Origin: Paramoeba atlantica
Lineage: Eukaryota > Protista > Discosea
Length of the DNA stretch: 64,000 nucleotides
Direction: 5' to 3'
NCBI GenBank assembly: GCA_977017575.1
Contig: CDRNVI010000143.1
Coordinates: forward strand, 372,001-436,000
The position numbers and the translations under genes are program-made. Positions 27,760 to 40,100 of the stretch are shown piece after piece. The stretch's first letter is position 1. Each line of letters starts with the position of its first letter. Below the pieces are notes generated by a model, which was not told where the DNA came from, ran no database searches, and was given only the letters and a program-made list of their open reading frames with translations.

Positions 27760-27832
27760 CTCCACCTGGAGGGTTCGAACCTCCGACCTTGTGGTTAACA
27801 GCCACACGCTCTGCCAACTGAGCTAAGGAGGA
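27760..27832 (-). tRNA. trnN: tRNA-Asn(GTT)
   Basis: Cloverleaf with TGTGG-CT-GTT-AA-CCACA; one U4.U69 mismatch in the acceptor stem. Confidence 0.95.
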
Positions 27833-28129
27833 ATGTATGGAAAAGATGTCGATTTTTTAGATTCACATTTTTCAAAGCCATTGGGATCCTTCAATTACTT
27901 GTCTCAAACATAAGCTGGAGGCAGTGTTGTACTCTTGTTGGGGGGAGGTCTTGCATTGATGAGGTTACCTTGCAAGTTTGAAGTCACATTCTACCAAGTG
28001 ATCTGATCACACAATTGGGATCATTGTGACTTTGTAAGAGCGGTTTCGACTTTTTTGTGCTTCGACCAAGGGGAAGTATTTGTTTTTTGAATTTCACTCA
28101 ATTCGATATTTGTATCATGGGAGTCAAAG

Positions 28130-28700
28130 GTTGTAATCTTAAACAAAGAGAAGGAGAATTGATCAAATCTTTTGGATCAAAAGGTTCTGAAGATGGTCAG
28201 GTTGATGATGAACCAGTGTGGGTGTGGATGTGGATGAAGAAGGTTGAATTATTGTTGCTGATATTTCCAATCATTGAATTCAAGTGTTTAATTATTATTG
28301 ATAATGATTGGTCGGAAGATTCTTCTGAAGGGGTCAGTTTAACCAATCTTTACAATGTTGGCATTGATAGGAGGGGGATGGGAATATTGTTGTTTGTTTC
28401 TGATTTTGAGAATCATCAAATTCAAGTGATGGAATATGAAGGGAATTTTATTTGATGTTTTGGAACAGAAGGTTCAGGTGTGATTCTCAATATTCCATGG
28501 TCCAAGAGGGAGGTGTTGATGTGGATGGGGAAAGGTAGAATTGTTGTTTGTGATTCAGAAAATGGGAGAATGAGGGTGTTTTTAGAAGGAAGGAACATTT
28601 CTTTTTTTATTTGGTGATTTTCACATGAGTGAACCTCATTTATGGGGTTGTTGTTGTTGATTCATTTTGGATCAATTATTATTTCAGATTTTAAGAAGGA
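28130..28700 (+). pseudogene. Degenerate NHL-repeat (beta-propeller) gene
   Basis: Repeated motifs SFGSKGSEDGQ, SEGSEGGQF, VSDFENHQIQVMEYEGNFI and RIVVCDSENGRMRVF, broken by frameshifts and stops. Confidence 0.7.
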
Positions 28701-28874
28701 ATTTTAAAATTGAATTGTGGAACTAATTTGGAAGAGAGGAAGGGATTTTTTATTATTCTTTTTCATTTTCTCCCTTTTTATTTTCTCTTCTTCAAGAGGG
28801 TTTTTGTTTTTTTTGATTTTTTTTGATTGATTTTTTTGGTAATCCTTCTTACTTTGTTTCTCTCTTTCAACAAA

Positions 28875-28946
28875 TCCCCGATAGTATAGTTGGCAAAATC
28901 CCCGCCTGTCACGCGGGAGTCCCAGGTTCGATTCCCGGTCGGGGAG
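28875..28946 (+). tRNA. trnD: tRNA-Asp(GTC), with stem mismatches
   Basis: TCCCCGA/TCGGGGA-G acceptor and CCCGC-CT-GTC-AC-GCGGG anticodon arm. A.C mismatch in the T-stem and a weak D-stem. Confidence 0.85.
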
Positions 28947-30125
28947 GATTTTTTTTTCTCTTTCTCTTTCTTTTTCTTTTTTTTGATTCAATCCAAAAAT
29001 ACATGAAAAAAAGAGGAATTCTTCAAATTTTGTGTCTTCAAAAGATCAAAGTGATATGGTTTTTTTCTTTTTTTCTTTTTTTTTTTCTCTCTTCTCTTTT
29101 TTCTCTTCTATTTTTATTTTTTGATTCTCTCTCCTTTTTTCTGATTTCTTTGAACTCACACTAATAATAATAAATCACAAGATATGAAAGGGTCTCTGTT
29201 TTGCAAACTCCAATGCCTATGGTGATCTCTTCTTTCTCCTCTTTTGGGTTTCCTCTTTCTTTTCTTCTTTTCTCTTTCTATCTTCTTTTATCCATTTTGT
29301 TGTTTTTCTTTTTGTTTTGATTTTAGGATTGGTTTTTTCCATTCTTCATCCTTTTTTCCCAAAAAATTTTTTGTTGAAGAAAGACTTATTTTTATAATTG
29401 AAGTCAAAAACAAGAAAATGTTGAAAAAATCAGAGGAGCAACTCACCCAAAAATGAGAAAAAGAGAGAGAAGAGGATGCAAGATCTATTTTTCAACATAA
29501 AAAAAAAGATGAATAATTCTCAAAAAAAAATAAGGAACTTTAAAACAAACTCAAAAACAAATTGGATTAAAACAAAATAAAAAGAACCAAAAAATCAAAC
29601 CCCAAATTATTTTTTGGAACAGTACTTTTTGTGATATCATAAAACTTCAACAGCCACAAAGTTCAACTTCAATTGGTCTCTTCTATTGCAAAGTGAACAA
29701 TCACCATATATTCACCCTTGACAACAATCATTCTCTTGCCAACAAAAAATTGAAATCATCTCATGTGAAAAATTTTCGCTTCCACAGATTGTGTATGAAA
29801 ATCTTTTGTTTTTTCTTATTCACCAGATCAAAAGCTGTTTGAAAATCTTCCTCTTAGTGAGTTGTTTCAAAAATTTTGGTCCATTCTCCAATTACTTTGT
29901 TGTGCAATGGAAGAGGGCCTTTCATTTTTTGGAAAGAAATTTTTTTTACCCCTTTTCTGTTTCTTTCCAAGCAATTTGTTACCATCACCCAAAAAAAAGA
30001 GAAAAACAGAGAAAACCAAATTTTTCCAAAATGAATTTGAGTGTCACACAACAAACTTCAATTGGAGCAAAAGAGTGTTTGGGGAAACTTTTTTTCTTTT
30101 TTTTTTTGAAAATTAAAAAAAAAAA

Positions 30126-30198
30126 AGCCACTAAAGGGGCTCGAACCCTTGACCACTAGGTTAAAAGCCTAGCGCTCTACCGACTGAGCTATAGTGGC
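30126..30198 (-). tRNA. trnK: tRNA-Lys(TTT)
   Basis: GCCACTA/TAGTGGC acceptor, CTAGG-CT-TTT-AA-CCTAG, GGTTCGAGCC. Confidence 0.97.
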
Positions 30199-30424
30199 AT
30201 TTGTTGAAAAAAGTCAAATTTTTTAGTGTGATGGGGGGGGCTGATTTTGATGGAAGAAGGAAAAAGAAGAAAAGGACACTCAAATCGAAAAAAAAGAGGT
30301 TTTTAATTCCTTCTTGAGCAAAACAACAAAGACAAAAGAAAACCCCATTCAATTCCCAACCAACCAACAACAAGGAAAAGGAGGAGATTTATTTTTTTTC
30401 AATTTTTTTTTCAAAAAAATAAAT

Positions 30425-30497
30425 TGCTCATTACAGGGATCGAACCTGTGACCTCCGCGTTATTAGCACGGCGCTCTACCGACTAAGCTAAACGAGC
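30425..30497 (-). tRNA. trnI: tRNA-Ile(AAT)
   Basis: GCTCGTT/AATGAGC-A acceptor, CCGTG-CT-AAT-AA-CGCGG, GGTTCGATCC. Confidence 0.96.
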
Positions 30498-30890
30498 ATT
30501 TCTGAAAAATGACCCAATTTTTTGGCTTTCCAGTGGGAAAAATTTCTGGAGAAACAGAAAAACAAAGTGAAAAACAAAGAAAAAGAGCAGAAAAAGGAAA
30601 AATATACAAATGAAAAAAGTGATTGGAGAAAATGAAGGTGAAAATCAATTTTTATTGTTAATTCACAAAAAATGGAGGAAAAAACATAGCCTGATTTCCC
30701 CAAATAATATTATTTTTCAGGATTTCCCAAAGATTCTTTTTTTTTCTTTTTCAAAGGGAAGGGAAAACCTTTTCAAAATCAAAATTGAAAGATTATTTTT
30801 CATTCAAAAAAAAAAAGTAAAAGAAAAAAAAATGTTTGAAGTCAAAAAAAAGAGGAAAAAATTCAAAAACAAAACAAAGAAAAAAAAATT

Positions 30891-30974
30891 CGTCGGAAGC
30901 AGGATTTGAACCTACGCCCCGTTTCCAGGATGTGATTTCTAGTCACACGTCTTAGACCACTCGACCATTCCGAC
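30891..30974 (-). tRNA. trnS: tRNA-Ser(AGA)
   Basis: GTCGGAA/TTCCGAC-G acceptor, TGTGA-CT-AGA-AA-TCACA, long variable arm with GAAA loop, GGTTCAAATCC. Confidence 0.96.
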
Positions 30975-31574
30975 ATTTCATAAAAAATGAGTGAAAAAAA
31001 GCAGAGAATAAGGAAAAAGAGCAGGAGAGAAAGAAAAGGGGCAAACCAAAAACAAGGGGGGAAAGGCTTAAAAGTTTGAAAAAAGTTTTAAATTTCTTGA
31101 AAAGAGGAAGAACAGGAAGAAGAGACAGATGATAAAGAGAAAGATGGAGAAAAGCAGAAGGACAAAAGAAAGAAAAGACAAAAGACTCAAAATTCGACGG
31201 TCGAAATTTTGATTGACTTTTTTCTTTCAATGGTCGAAATTTTTGATGTTTTTTTCGACCATTGAAGTTATTTTTTCGACGGTTGATGTTTTTCTTGGGT
31301 TTTTTTCGATGGTCAAAAGTTTGGACAATGGAAGAAGATCAAGTTGAGGCTGTTTGTGAGCTGAGGTGGGCAATGACATCAGCTAACTTTCAGGGTGTTG
31401 AAACCTCTCCAGTGGTCCGATTCAAACCCACAAATCGCCCCAACTACAAGTGCAGCAGCTTGAGCCCACCCCCATGTGTGGAGAACTGTCACATGCAGAG
31501 AGAGAGAGAGAGAGTGAGATTCTCAACAAAATGAAACAACCCACCACAACACAACAGTTCTTTTTTGGTTTTTT

Positions 31575-31619
31575 CCGGCTCTCACCCGGCCACCCCGGGT
31601 TCGATTCCCGGCAAGGGAG
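31575..31619 (+). pseudogene. 5'-truncated tRNA-Glu(CTC) (anticodon arm to 3' end only)
   Basis: CCGG-CT-CTC-AC-CCGGCCACCCCGGGTTCGATTCCCGGCAAGGGAG matches the 3' part of the 15978 gene apart from the anticodon wobble base and one stem base. The 5' acceptor strand and D-arm are missing. Confidence 0.85.
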
Positions 31620-31877
31620 CTTTTTTTTTCAATTCCTTTTTTTTTTCTGATGTGTTGTGTTGTTTCTTTTTCTCCAAATGTGTTCTTTGTTCCTTTTCTT
31701 TCTTTTTTTTTTGATAATCTTTCCCAAAGAATCAAGAATAATTTTTGAATCAAAAGAAGGTGAACCCCAAAGAGTTGATTTGAAAAAAAAAAAAAGATAT
31801 CTTTGAGTTTGGACATCAAAAACACAAAACTGATTCAATTTCAAAAAAAAAAAAAAAAAAAAAAAAAGAAAAAAAAA

Positions 31878-31902
31878 TGCCGAAAACGTGGATCGAACAC
31901 GT

Positions 31903-31934
<32 letters not shown>

Positions 31935-31950
31935 GCTGAGCTATTTCGGC
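31878..31950 (-). tRNA. trnF: tRNA-Phe(GAA)
   Basis: GCCGAAA/TTTCGGC-A acceptor, TCAGA-CT-GAA-GA-TCTGA, GTTCGATCC. Confidence 0.97.
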
Positions 31951-32635
31951 TTTTCTGGAAAAAAAGACCATTTTTTGGGAACACAGGTACTTGTGAAGGG
32001 GATTGTCTGATTGGAACATTGGAAAACATCAAAAATTCCCTTTTTTGAAACCACTTTTTTGTGTTTTTGAGTGTTTTTTGGGATTAAAATATTCTCAAAA
32101 TGAATTTTTGATACATGTTTAAACTGTTGTGATTTGGTGAAAGCTCTTTTTGAACACAAAGCACTAGATTTGTAGCACTAAAATCAACTTTGTTGTTTTG
32201 TGTTGGAACCACAAGGGCAGACACAGATGTACAAGGGCAAGATCTGTATCCCATTTGGAAACTCCGCTCCAACAAAAATATTTCCCACTTGGAACTTGGA
32301 GCAACGCTTCAGAGAGTTCATTTAGGGTGACATTGGCCAGTGTCTCCCTGATTGCATTCAGTATCCCTTCTTGTTGAACTCTTTTTCTCAAAACCAATTT
32401 TTCCTTTCATTATTTTTTTCGATCCACACAGACTTTGTTCTTGATTTTCCAAATAACAATTACAGAAATACTCTTTTCGATTTTTGGACTGTTGGAGTTC
32501 TTCTGGGTTTGGAAGGATGGAGTGGGGTAATTCAGGATGAAGAGAAAGAAGACCTTGGATTCATCCCTCAGCCAACAAAAAAAAGCGTCCACAAACTTCC
32601 CAAAAAAGGAGATTGTGATGTTCTTCATTGTTTTT

Positions 32636-32828
32636 CGTTAAAGTCTCATAGCCAAAGGTAAGAGATCAAATTGGATTTGGAAAATGTTTTAATGAATGAA
32701 ATCAAAATAAAAAGTGTTTTGTAATTCTCGGAAAATGAAATTTCCATTTTCCGGAAAATAAATTGTTTTCGCTGAATGGATTATTTGCATGATCAATCCA
32801 GGAATAAGAAATCGGTCGGCAGATTTCG
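32636..32828 (+). repeat. ~190-bp repeat, paralog of 44115-44322 (3' end of the Crypton-like relic)
   Basis: Shared TAGCCAAAGGTAAGAGA..TCAAATTGGATTTGGAAAATGTTTTAATGAATGAAATCAAAAT..GGAATAAGAAATCGGTCGGCAGATTTC. Confidence 0.9.
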
Positions 32829-32864
32829 GGAAACAAAAGATTGAAAAGGACAGTCAATATTCCA

Positions 32865-33618
32865 GGGTGACCTTCCCAGGTGACTTTTTGAAGCTTGAAT
32901 AACTTTGGAAAGGAATGGAATTTGAAAAAACTTAAACATGAAGTGAATTAACAATATTTTTAAAGATTTTTGAGTTCCATTTGCTCATGGAAGAGTGCTC
33001 ATTCAATACCTTAAAATTGAGCTAACATCAAAAAGACCCCTAATTTTTTTTTAAAAAAAATTCTAAAAAATCAAAAAAAAATATTGAGCCTCATGAGAAT
33101 CAAGTTTAAGAAAGAAAATAACTTTTTTTTCAATCCTACCAAAAAAAAATAAAAAAAAATTAATTTTGAAGTTCATAAACATCAAAAAACAATTTTTTAT
33201 GAGCCATCGAAAGTGCACAACACATCATAAAAAAAATTCCGGATTTTTTTTTTTTTGGATATTGGCAAAATTGGGTGGGAATTTTTTTTTGTTTGAGAGT
33301 GTGTCAAGGGCTTTGTAGGAGAGAACAATTTTTTTTTAATTTTTTTTTCTTTTCTTATTGGAATAAGGTTCTTATAACCCCCTTCTTGTGAGTTTAGTTT
33401 TCTCTTCTGTGACTCTGAGAATTTTTTTTTTTGAAGGTCGTACCCAAGGTAGTACCAAAAAATCAATTTTTCTCTTTTGGATTGAGACATTTCACAGATG
33501 TTTGGGGGGGGAAAAATTGAAAAAAATATTGTGGTTGATGTGATAAAAAAAGATTTTTAACTTTCAGTAATCCTCCCTTGAAATCAATGATTCAAAAAGT
33601 CACCTGGGAAGGTCACCC
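32865..33618. mobile_element. MITE / non-autonomous DNA element
   Basis: Perfect 28-bp inverted repeats GGGTGACCTTCCCAGGTGACTTTTTGAA (32865-32892, 33591-33618) around a non-coding AT-rich interior. TSD not resolved. Confidence 0.7.
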
Positions 33619-33975
33619 AGGAATTGACAGTTCATCAACTAGAAAGATCGCCCTGATCTCCTCTCTTTTGAGGACTGGATGAATACTTGTTCAAGGGAGT
33701 TCTTTGTGAGTTATGCCCACCAAAGTTTGCACCCAAGTCCAATTAAGTTGACATACCCAAGATGAAAATATTTTTATCCAATTACCACATGACTATTTGC
33801 CAAGGACAGAACTGAAAACCTTGTGAGTCTTCAAATTTGGGACGATTTTCAAAAACTTGTTAAATTGTCAAAAACAAAGATGAAGGACCTCTCAAACTCA
33901 ACAGTGAATGAAGCAAAGACCATTGGGAAGCGACTCAACGGCAGCAAAAAGTGGATAAAAAAGAAGAAAAAAAAA

Positions 33976-34048
33976 TGGAGATGCCGGGTTTCGATCCCGG
34001 TACCTTCCGCATGCTAAGCGGACGCGATACCAACTTCGCCACACCCCC
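33976..34048 (-). tRNA. trnA: tRNA-Ala(AGC)
   Basis: G3:U70 pair, TCCGC-TT-AGC-AT-GCGGA and the eukaryotic Ala-type T-loop GATCGAAA. Confidence 0.96.
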
Positions 34049-34399
34049 TTTTCTTGAAAAGTTGAAGCAAAGATTGAATGTCTTTCATTTTCAGATCCCC
34101 TTGACCAGAAAAGAGGTTTTCCATTTTGAGGCTGTGAAGAGAGCCTCCAGCAAGAAATGAGAAGAATGTCCATAGAGAAGAAGGATGACTGGTTTATCTT
34201 TTTGTCTGGCAATTTTGTTTTTCCAAGCAATGAAGAGGAGCATATTAATCTTCCCAACTTTCTAGCAGTTAAGCCATGGCTTGAAAAATGCTGTTAATCA
34301 TCAAGGGTGTTTTTGATTTTGAGACGTGGATTCTTATGAGGGCCAATCTTTGATTGGCACAAGATCCAAAGAATCCTAGTCGAGACTTAGCAAAAACAC

Positions 34400-36690
34400 C
34401 TGAGACTGATTTGCATTTGTCGAGTCATTGCTTCAACATTTTATCCAGGGTTGCAGTGGGTCAAAGTCGAAGGGCTGAGCTGGTCGACCAGCCTGGGCTG
34501 GTGAGATCAAATATCCTGATTCACTCCACAAAGATTCAATCTTTGTTGACGCACCAGGGGTACAACAAAACTTTCGAAAAAGAGAGAAGATCTTTTCGAA
34601 TCTTGAAAGGAAAAGTGAGAAACTGATTGACGAAAACAACAAAAAAAGTCAAACCCGTGGCTCTTGAACCAATCACCAGGTGCCTCTTTTGGACAACAAG
34701 GAGGAGCAATGAGATACCTCTCATATTCCGTGCAGGTATCTCTTTGTTCATTCGTTCAGAGGACATGAGTTCCATGTTCCATGAGACCTGGTGGTTCTTG
34801 CGGTGCCACCTCCATTAACTGTGGGTTAACTTTCTCAAATTCTCTCTAAGAAAAAAAGTGAATTAACTTTTAAAAAAAATAGAGAAAACAATCAAGCCTT
34901 TCCCAAAAAAGAAGTCTCATCCCAAAACTCGCCTCCCTTGAGAGAATCTTTTGTTTGGGGATCAAAAAGAGCACTCATCCAGTGGGGTCCCTTCTTGACT
35001 GCAGAAATGAGTCGGTTGTTGAGTCCCTCCACAATTGAATTCCGGACCACCTCTGCATCACCAGTCTCCAACTCGTCCAGCTCAGCATACACCTTTTTCA
35101 AATGGAGAAGAGATGGAATTGCCAGTGCGAGGGTTGGCTTTGTTTTTTGGTCAAATAGTTTTGTCACAAGGCGGAGAGGAAGAAGAACTTTCTGGAGATC
35201 AAACAATAAGTCCCATTGGTTTTGAAACAGTTGTTTTTTTCTCTTTTTCAGCTCTGCCTCTGTAGAAGCAACACCACCATTTTCTTCAAGAACTGGGAAA
35301 ATATGGAGTATGGCTCATTCAAAAAATGTTTCAAAGAAATAAATAATAAAAAACTTGATTTTCGAGCACTCTCTCAATCATCGTCAATGTTGAATTTCAA
35401 CAAGTCGGAACATCCTTTTTTAGTTTTCTCCCCTTCAAACCCTCCAGTTCCTGAAAATTCTTGAGCGCTTTGAGACTCTTCGGTGACTTCTTGAAAAACG
35501 AACAGATTTTCCTTGTTGTCTTCAAGGTGGCAATAGTGAGCAAAGACCTATCGAGTGCATCCTGTTCAGGACATGTCCAATGCATGGGATCCATTGGAGA
35601 CCAAGTTGGGCGACCATTTTGGGCATGACTGCGGTGGTGTCTGTTGTGAATGTTTGAATTTGACGTTCCTTGATTGGGCGATTCAACTCTCGTCACCAAA
35701 ACCCCATATTCTTCAAGAGATTGTCGGACTGAAATTTCGAGGTCGTCCGCAGTTTGTTCATCTTTGGGAAGGCACTTCAGGAGCAAAGCATGCCAGATCC
35801 CTTGTTGGTCGAGAAAATGGAGGATGATTCCAAAATATGAATCCCCAGCAGCAGAGGTCCAACCATCCGCAGAAAGACCACCTGAAAGAAGATAACAATG
35901 GAGTTACAGTTTCAAAGCCCTTGTGAGGAGTCCAACTTCTGCCGTCAAAATGCCTTTCATCGTTTCAACACTTGGAGGATCATATCCAGGATGAAGGGCT
36001 CTCACAAACTCCTTGAACTTTTCGCTGTTAACAAAGGAAAAAGGCAAATGTCTCTCAGTCATCCAATGGAAGAGTTTTTTGTTTACTTCTTGTCGATGAT
36101 CAGCAGAGATCAAATATTCATTGAGTTTTCGAATTTTCGGTGGTCACTCAACAACTGCCCAAGGGACGAGAACACCATGTTTTTTCTCCAGGTTGCCTTT
36201 TGAGAGATTCAGTTCCCGTGTTGATGGAACGCACTGTTGGTTGTATTTGTGAAAGAGGAATTTCTTTCACATCAACTGGCCAACATGGCAAGCAGACGAT
36301 TGAGTTTGGATCCGCAGGGTGTCGCCGAAAATAGTCCCACACAGCTGAAGTTCTTTTTTCCAGTCTTTTGAGTTTCGCTCGTACAATGATTTGATGAGGG
36401 TCCATTGTAAATGTAATTTAAAAAGTCTTTTTCTCAAAACAGAAAAGTAAAAACAGTTATTTTTGAAACCAGTTTTTGAAGAATGTCACAAAGCCAATAC
36501 TTTATTTCCACCTCATCTGTGGAGGCATTGTCCATAGGTGATGTGGACCAATCACTGGCTTCCACATCATTTTTCATCCACGGATGACAAAGGAGTGCTT
36601 GACTGGTCGACCCAGGCCGGCCCTTGGTCGGCTAGCCGACCCAACAAAAAAATCGCCAACCTGCTCAACCCGCCTTAGCCGCTTCAACCC
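34400..36690 (-). mobile_element. Degenerate hAT transposon (BED finger, DDE, dimerisation domain)
   Basis: RTSAVWDYF..CLPC (BED), HLPFSFVNSEKF, SADGWTS, KKDVPTC*NST (cf. DVPTRWNST), PTLALAIP..ALFDPQ and TPGASTKIESLWSESG (C-terminal dimerisation domain), with stops and frameshifts. GC-rich subterminus ends CAACCCTG (CAGGGTTG on minus). Confidence 0.85.
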
Positions 36691-36747
36691 TGATTTGATC
36701 CACTTTTTGATGCTGTCAAAGGAAGTCCCAAAAAGAAAGTGGACCTG

Positions 36748-36811
36748 AAAATTCTGCATAGATTAAAATATGAGATTAAAAAATTCTGCATAGATTAAAA
36801 TATGAGATTAA
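36748..36811. repeat. 32-bp tandem duplication
   Basis: AAAATTCTGCATAGATTAAAATATGAGATTAA twice. Confidence 0.85.
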
Positions 36812-37001
36812 AAAATTTGGAGTCATGTTTTTCATTTTTTCATTTCTCTTTTTGTTTGGAAAATGGCTCAAACTGTGTCTGGGAGAGCGTTGTCATGTCG
36901 AAAATGGGATCCCTGATGCTGCCAAACCAATCTTGTTAGCGGAAGCAAACCTTGATGAAACTTGAAAGGCTGTGCAACAGTTCTTGGCTGAGGTCACAAC
37001 T

Positions 37002-37192
37002 TGTAAAATGATAGTTTTTACAGTGAATAATAAAAGCAATCAAAATGTTGTTGTGCAATTTGAGAATTTGAAAAGTGAACGTTGGACCGTTTCAGAATTT
37101 GGCGGTTCCACGTCAGCACTCATTCTCCTTTATTTAGTAAATCAAAAAGGCATAGATGTCTTTATCAAGGAGTCGTCGATTTCTCCGTTGCA
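37002..37192 (-). repeat. 3' LTR (191 bp)
   Basis: Direct repeat of 43387-43577. Confidence 0.97.
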
Positions 37193-40100
37193 TCCTCCCA
37201 CGCGATGAGAACCTCGGCTCCTCAGATATTTCTGAAGATGAAGGAGGGGAAGAAGGAGTAGACTCATTAGCAGGTTGACCAGTTGGAACAGTTGTTGGTG
37301 AAGCCACTCGGGATTCTTCACGATCAGCACCAAGTATATCAAAGTTGATGGGGTTATGCAGATGATAATCATCTAAGAGCTCCTCAGCATCAACATCACT
37401 TGCTCGGCACCATTCAGCTGATGTTTTTCGGAATCCTTTAAATTGAATCTTGTAAAAGAGTTCTCCATTACGAACAGCATGGTTCAGGATTTTTTCAATC
37501 TCAAAATCATATCCGTGATCGTCGAAGGAGACGTTCTCCGGTCCAGAGGAGTCTTCAAGACCAATTTCGTTCGACCCAGGGTCCAGGTTAATCTCATGAC
37601 GGAATTGGAGTTTCTTGATAATTGAGATGTTTGCTTTGAATGGAGGATCTTTTCGGGATAGATCTTGTAATGTATAACTTCCATTCTCATAATCTCCCAC
37701 AACCATATACACTTTTCGATGGAATAAGGCTCGATATTTCTTTCCAAGATCAGCTTCATCCGTAGTTGTTCCGAATTTTCTTAACAATACATGGTCACCA
37801 ATTTTGAGTTGTGCGATCCTTGACTTATGAGTTCGATTATAGAGTTCAGATTGACTTTCAGCAACTCGCAATCGTTCAGCTCGAACCCACTCAATGACTC
37901 TATCTCGGTCGGTTTGGAGTTTGCTCACATATTCATCTCTGGTCACATACGGCCGATAGACTGACCCATACATCATATCGAGAGGCATAATTGGTGGTCG
38001 TCCAAAATGTACTTGAAAGGGCGTATATGTGGTTGATGAAGATCGAGAGGTATTGAAGGCAAACTCAACTAAAGGCACTAATAAATCCCAGTCATCTCTA
38101 AATTTGTCCACGTAGGCTCGTAGGATTGACTTGGTGACTTTGTGTGTCCATTCTACTCGACCATTGCTCTTAGAGTTATAAGGAGAAATTGTGGTTTGTT
38201 TCAATCCCATCAAATTAGATAATTCAGTAAAGAGTTCGTTCGCAAATTCAGGTCCGTTGTCAGTAACGATCTTCAATGGCATTGAATTTACGCAAATGTA
38301 CTGCAATAAAGCTCCAGCGGCGTCCTTCGCAGTGGGCTGAGGGATTGGATATAACCTCAGATATCCAGAAAAGTTATCCACAATTGCCAATAAATGAGTA
38401 TTTCCCCTGGCTGAAGTCTTTGGGCCTTTTGTACAATCAAGGTGGACAGTGACTCCAGGGTATGAAGCCATATATGGGTTCAATTCGGATGTCAAGGTCT
38501 TTCCTTTTGAATTGATTGCACAATTCAAGCATCGATGACAATAGCCTTTAATATAAAGGGACATACCTGGAAAATAATAAGAAGCAGCAATTGCTTGATA
38601 GAGACGTTCATACTTCCGATGTCCAGAGACAAGGGAGTCATGATAGGCCTTTAGGACATCATCCCAAAGTGCTCGAGGTAATACAGCGGGAGGTCCGGTC
38701 TCGGCTGGAGCTGATTCATCAATCTTTCTTAAAATACCATTCGCATCGATCCAGTATTTGAATGCTTGTCTTTGCAGCATTCTAAGTTCTGACCGGCGTT
38801 TTGGGAGTATCCCATAAAGGTAGTTGATGATTTTTGAGCAAAACTTGTCATATCTTTGGGCTCGAGCCAAGAAAGGAAGCGGAACAAGAAGACGGTCTAT
38901 GGTGTCTCCATCGACCTCTATGGTGTCCTCCCCTTGAGAAAGTTCTTCGCCTTTTTGCCAAAGCGTTCTGACCTCAGGGAGATCAAATGTTTGGTCTGGT
39001 GAAGAATCAATTGCCTCTATTTTTTCAAGGATATCTTTTTGTCTCGACATTGCTCTGCTTTTTGACGTTTCGTCTAGCGCGAGGTCAATTATTTTTTCGA
39101 AACAATTTGTCATGTAATCTTTCTTTTCATCTTTGTTGTCTTTGTATCCAACAAAGTGCCTACTCAACGCATCTGGAATAGCCATCAGCTTTCCAGGTTT
39201 ATGTATGACGAGAGGATTATATTCTAATGTTCGGGCAACCCAATCACGCAACATTGCATGTTCAGGGATTTTTGTTCCAGTTCTTGAGAAGACCGAGCGC
39301 AGAGCTTGACAATCGCAAACTACAATCGGTTCTCTTCCGTGAACATAATACTTAAAGTTTTTTAAAGCCCAAATAATTCCTAATCCTTCTCTGACAGGAT
39401 TAGTATATTTTTGTTGAGTCGGTGTTAATGCCTTTGAAGCATACTCGATTACTCTGTGATAACCTTTGTCATCTAATTGTGTTAGGATAGCTCCAAGACC
39501 TCGAGAACTAGCATCAACATGGATGAAGAATCTTTTTGAGAGATCTGGATGTGCTACACAGGTTTCTTTTTTGAGTATGTCTTTCAGTATTTGAAATTCT
39601 TCTTCAGCTTTTTCTGACAGGAAAAATCTCGATTCTTTTAATGTTTTTGCTTTTCTTAGATGAAAAGTTAATTTGGAGAGGTTTGGTATGAATCTTTTCA
39701 ACCAAGTAACCATTCCTATAAATATCTCAACCTCCTTTGGTGATTTTGGAAGGGGATAATTTTGGATTGCTTCAACCTTTTTTGGATTTGGTGATAAACC
39801 ATCCTTTGTAGCGACAAAGCCAAGTATTTCAAAAGTTGGTTTACAGAAAGAACATTTTAAAGGTTGTAAAATTAAATTATGTTCCTTTAGTCTTCCTAGT
39901 ATATCCCTCAAGTCTTCTAAATGTTTTTCAAAGGAATTGCTGAAACATATAATGTCATCGACATATGCAAAACAGCATCTCCATATGAGTCCATTCAATA
40001 CAGCTTCAATATAACGTTGTTGTGTTGCTGGAGCATTACACAATCCAAATGGCATTGAGAGAAATTCCCAAAGTCCATATTTGCTTGTAAAAGCTGTTTT

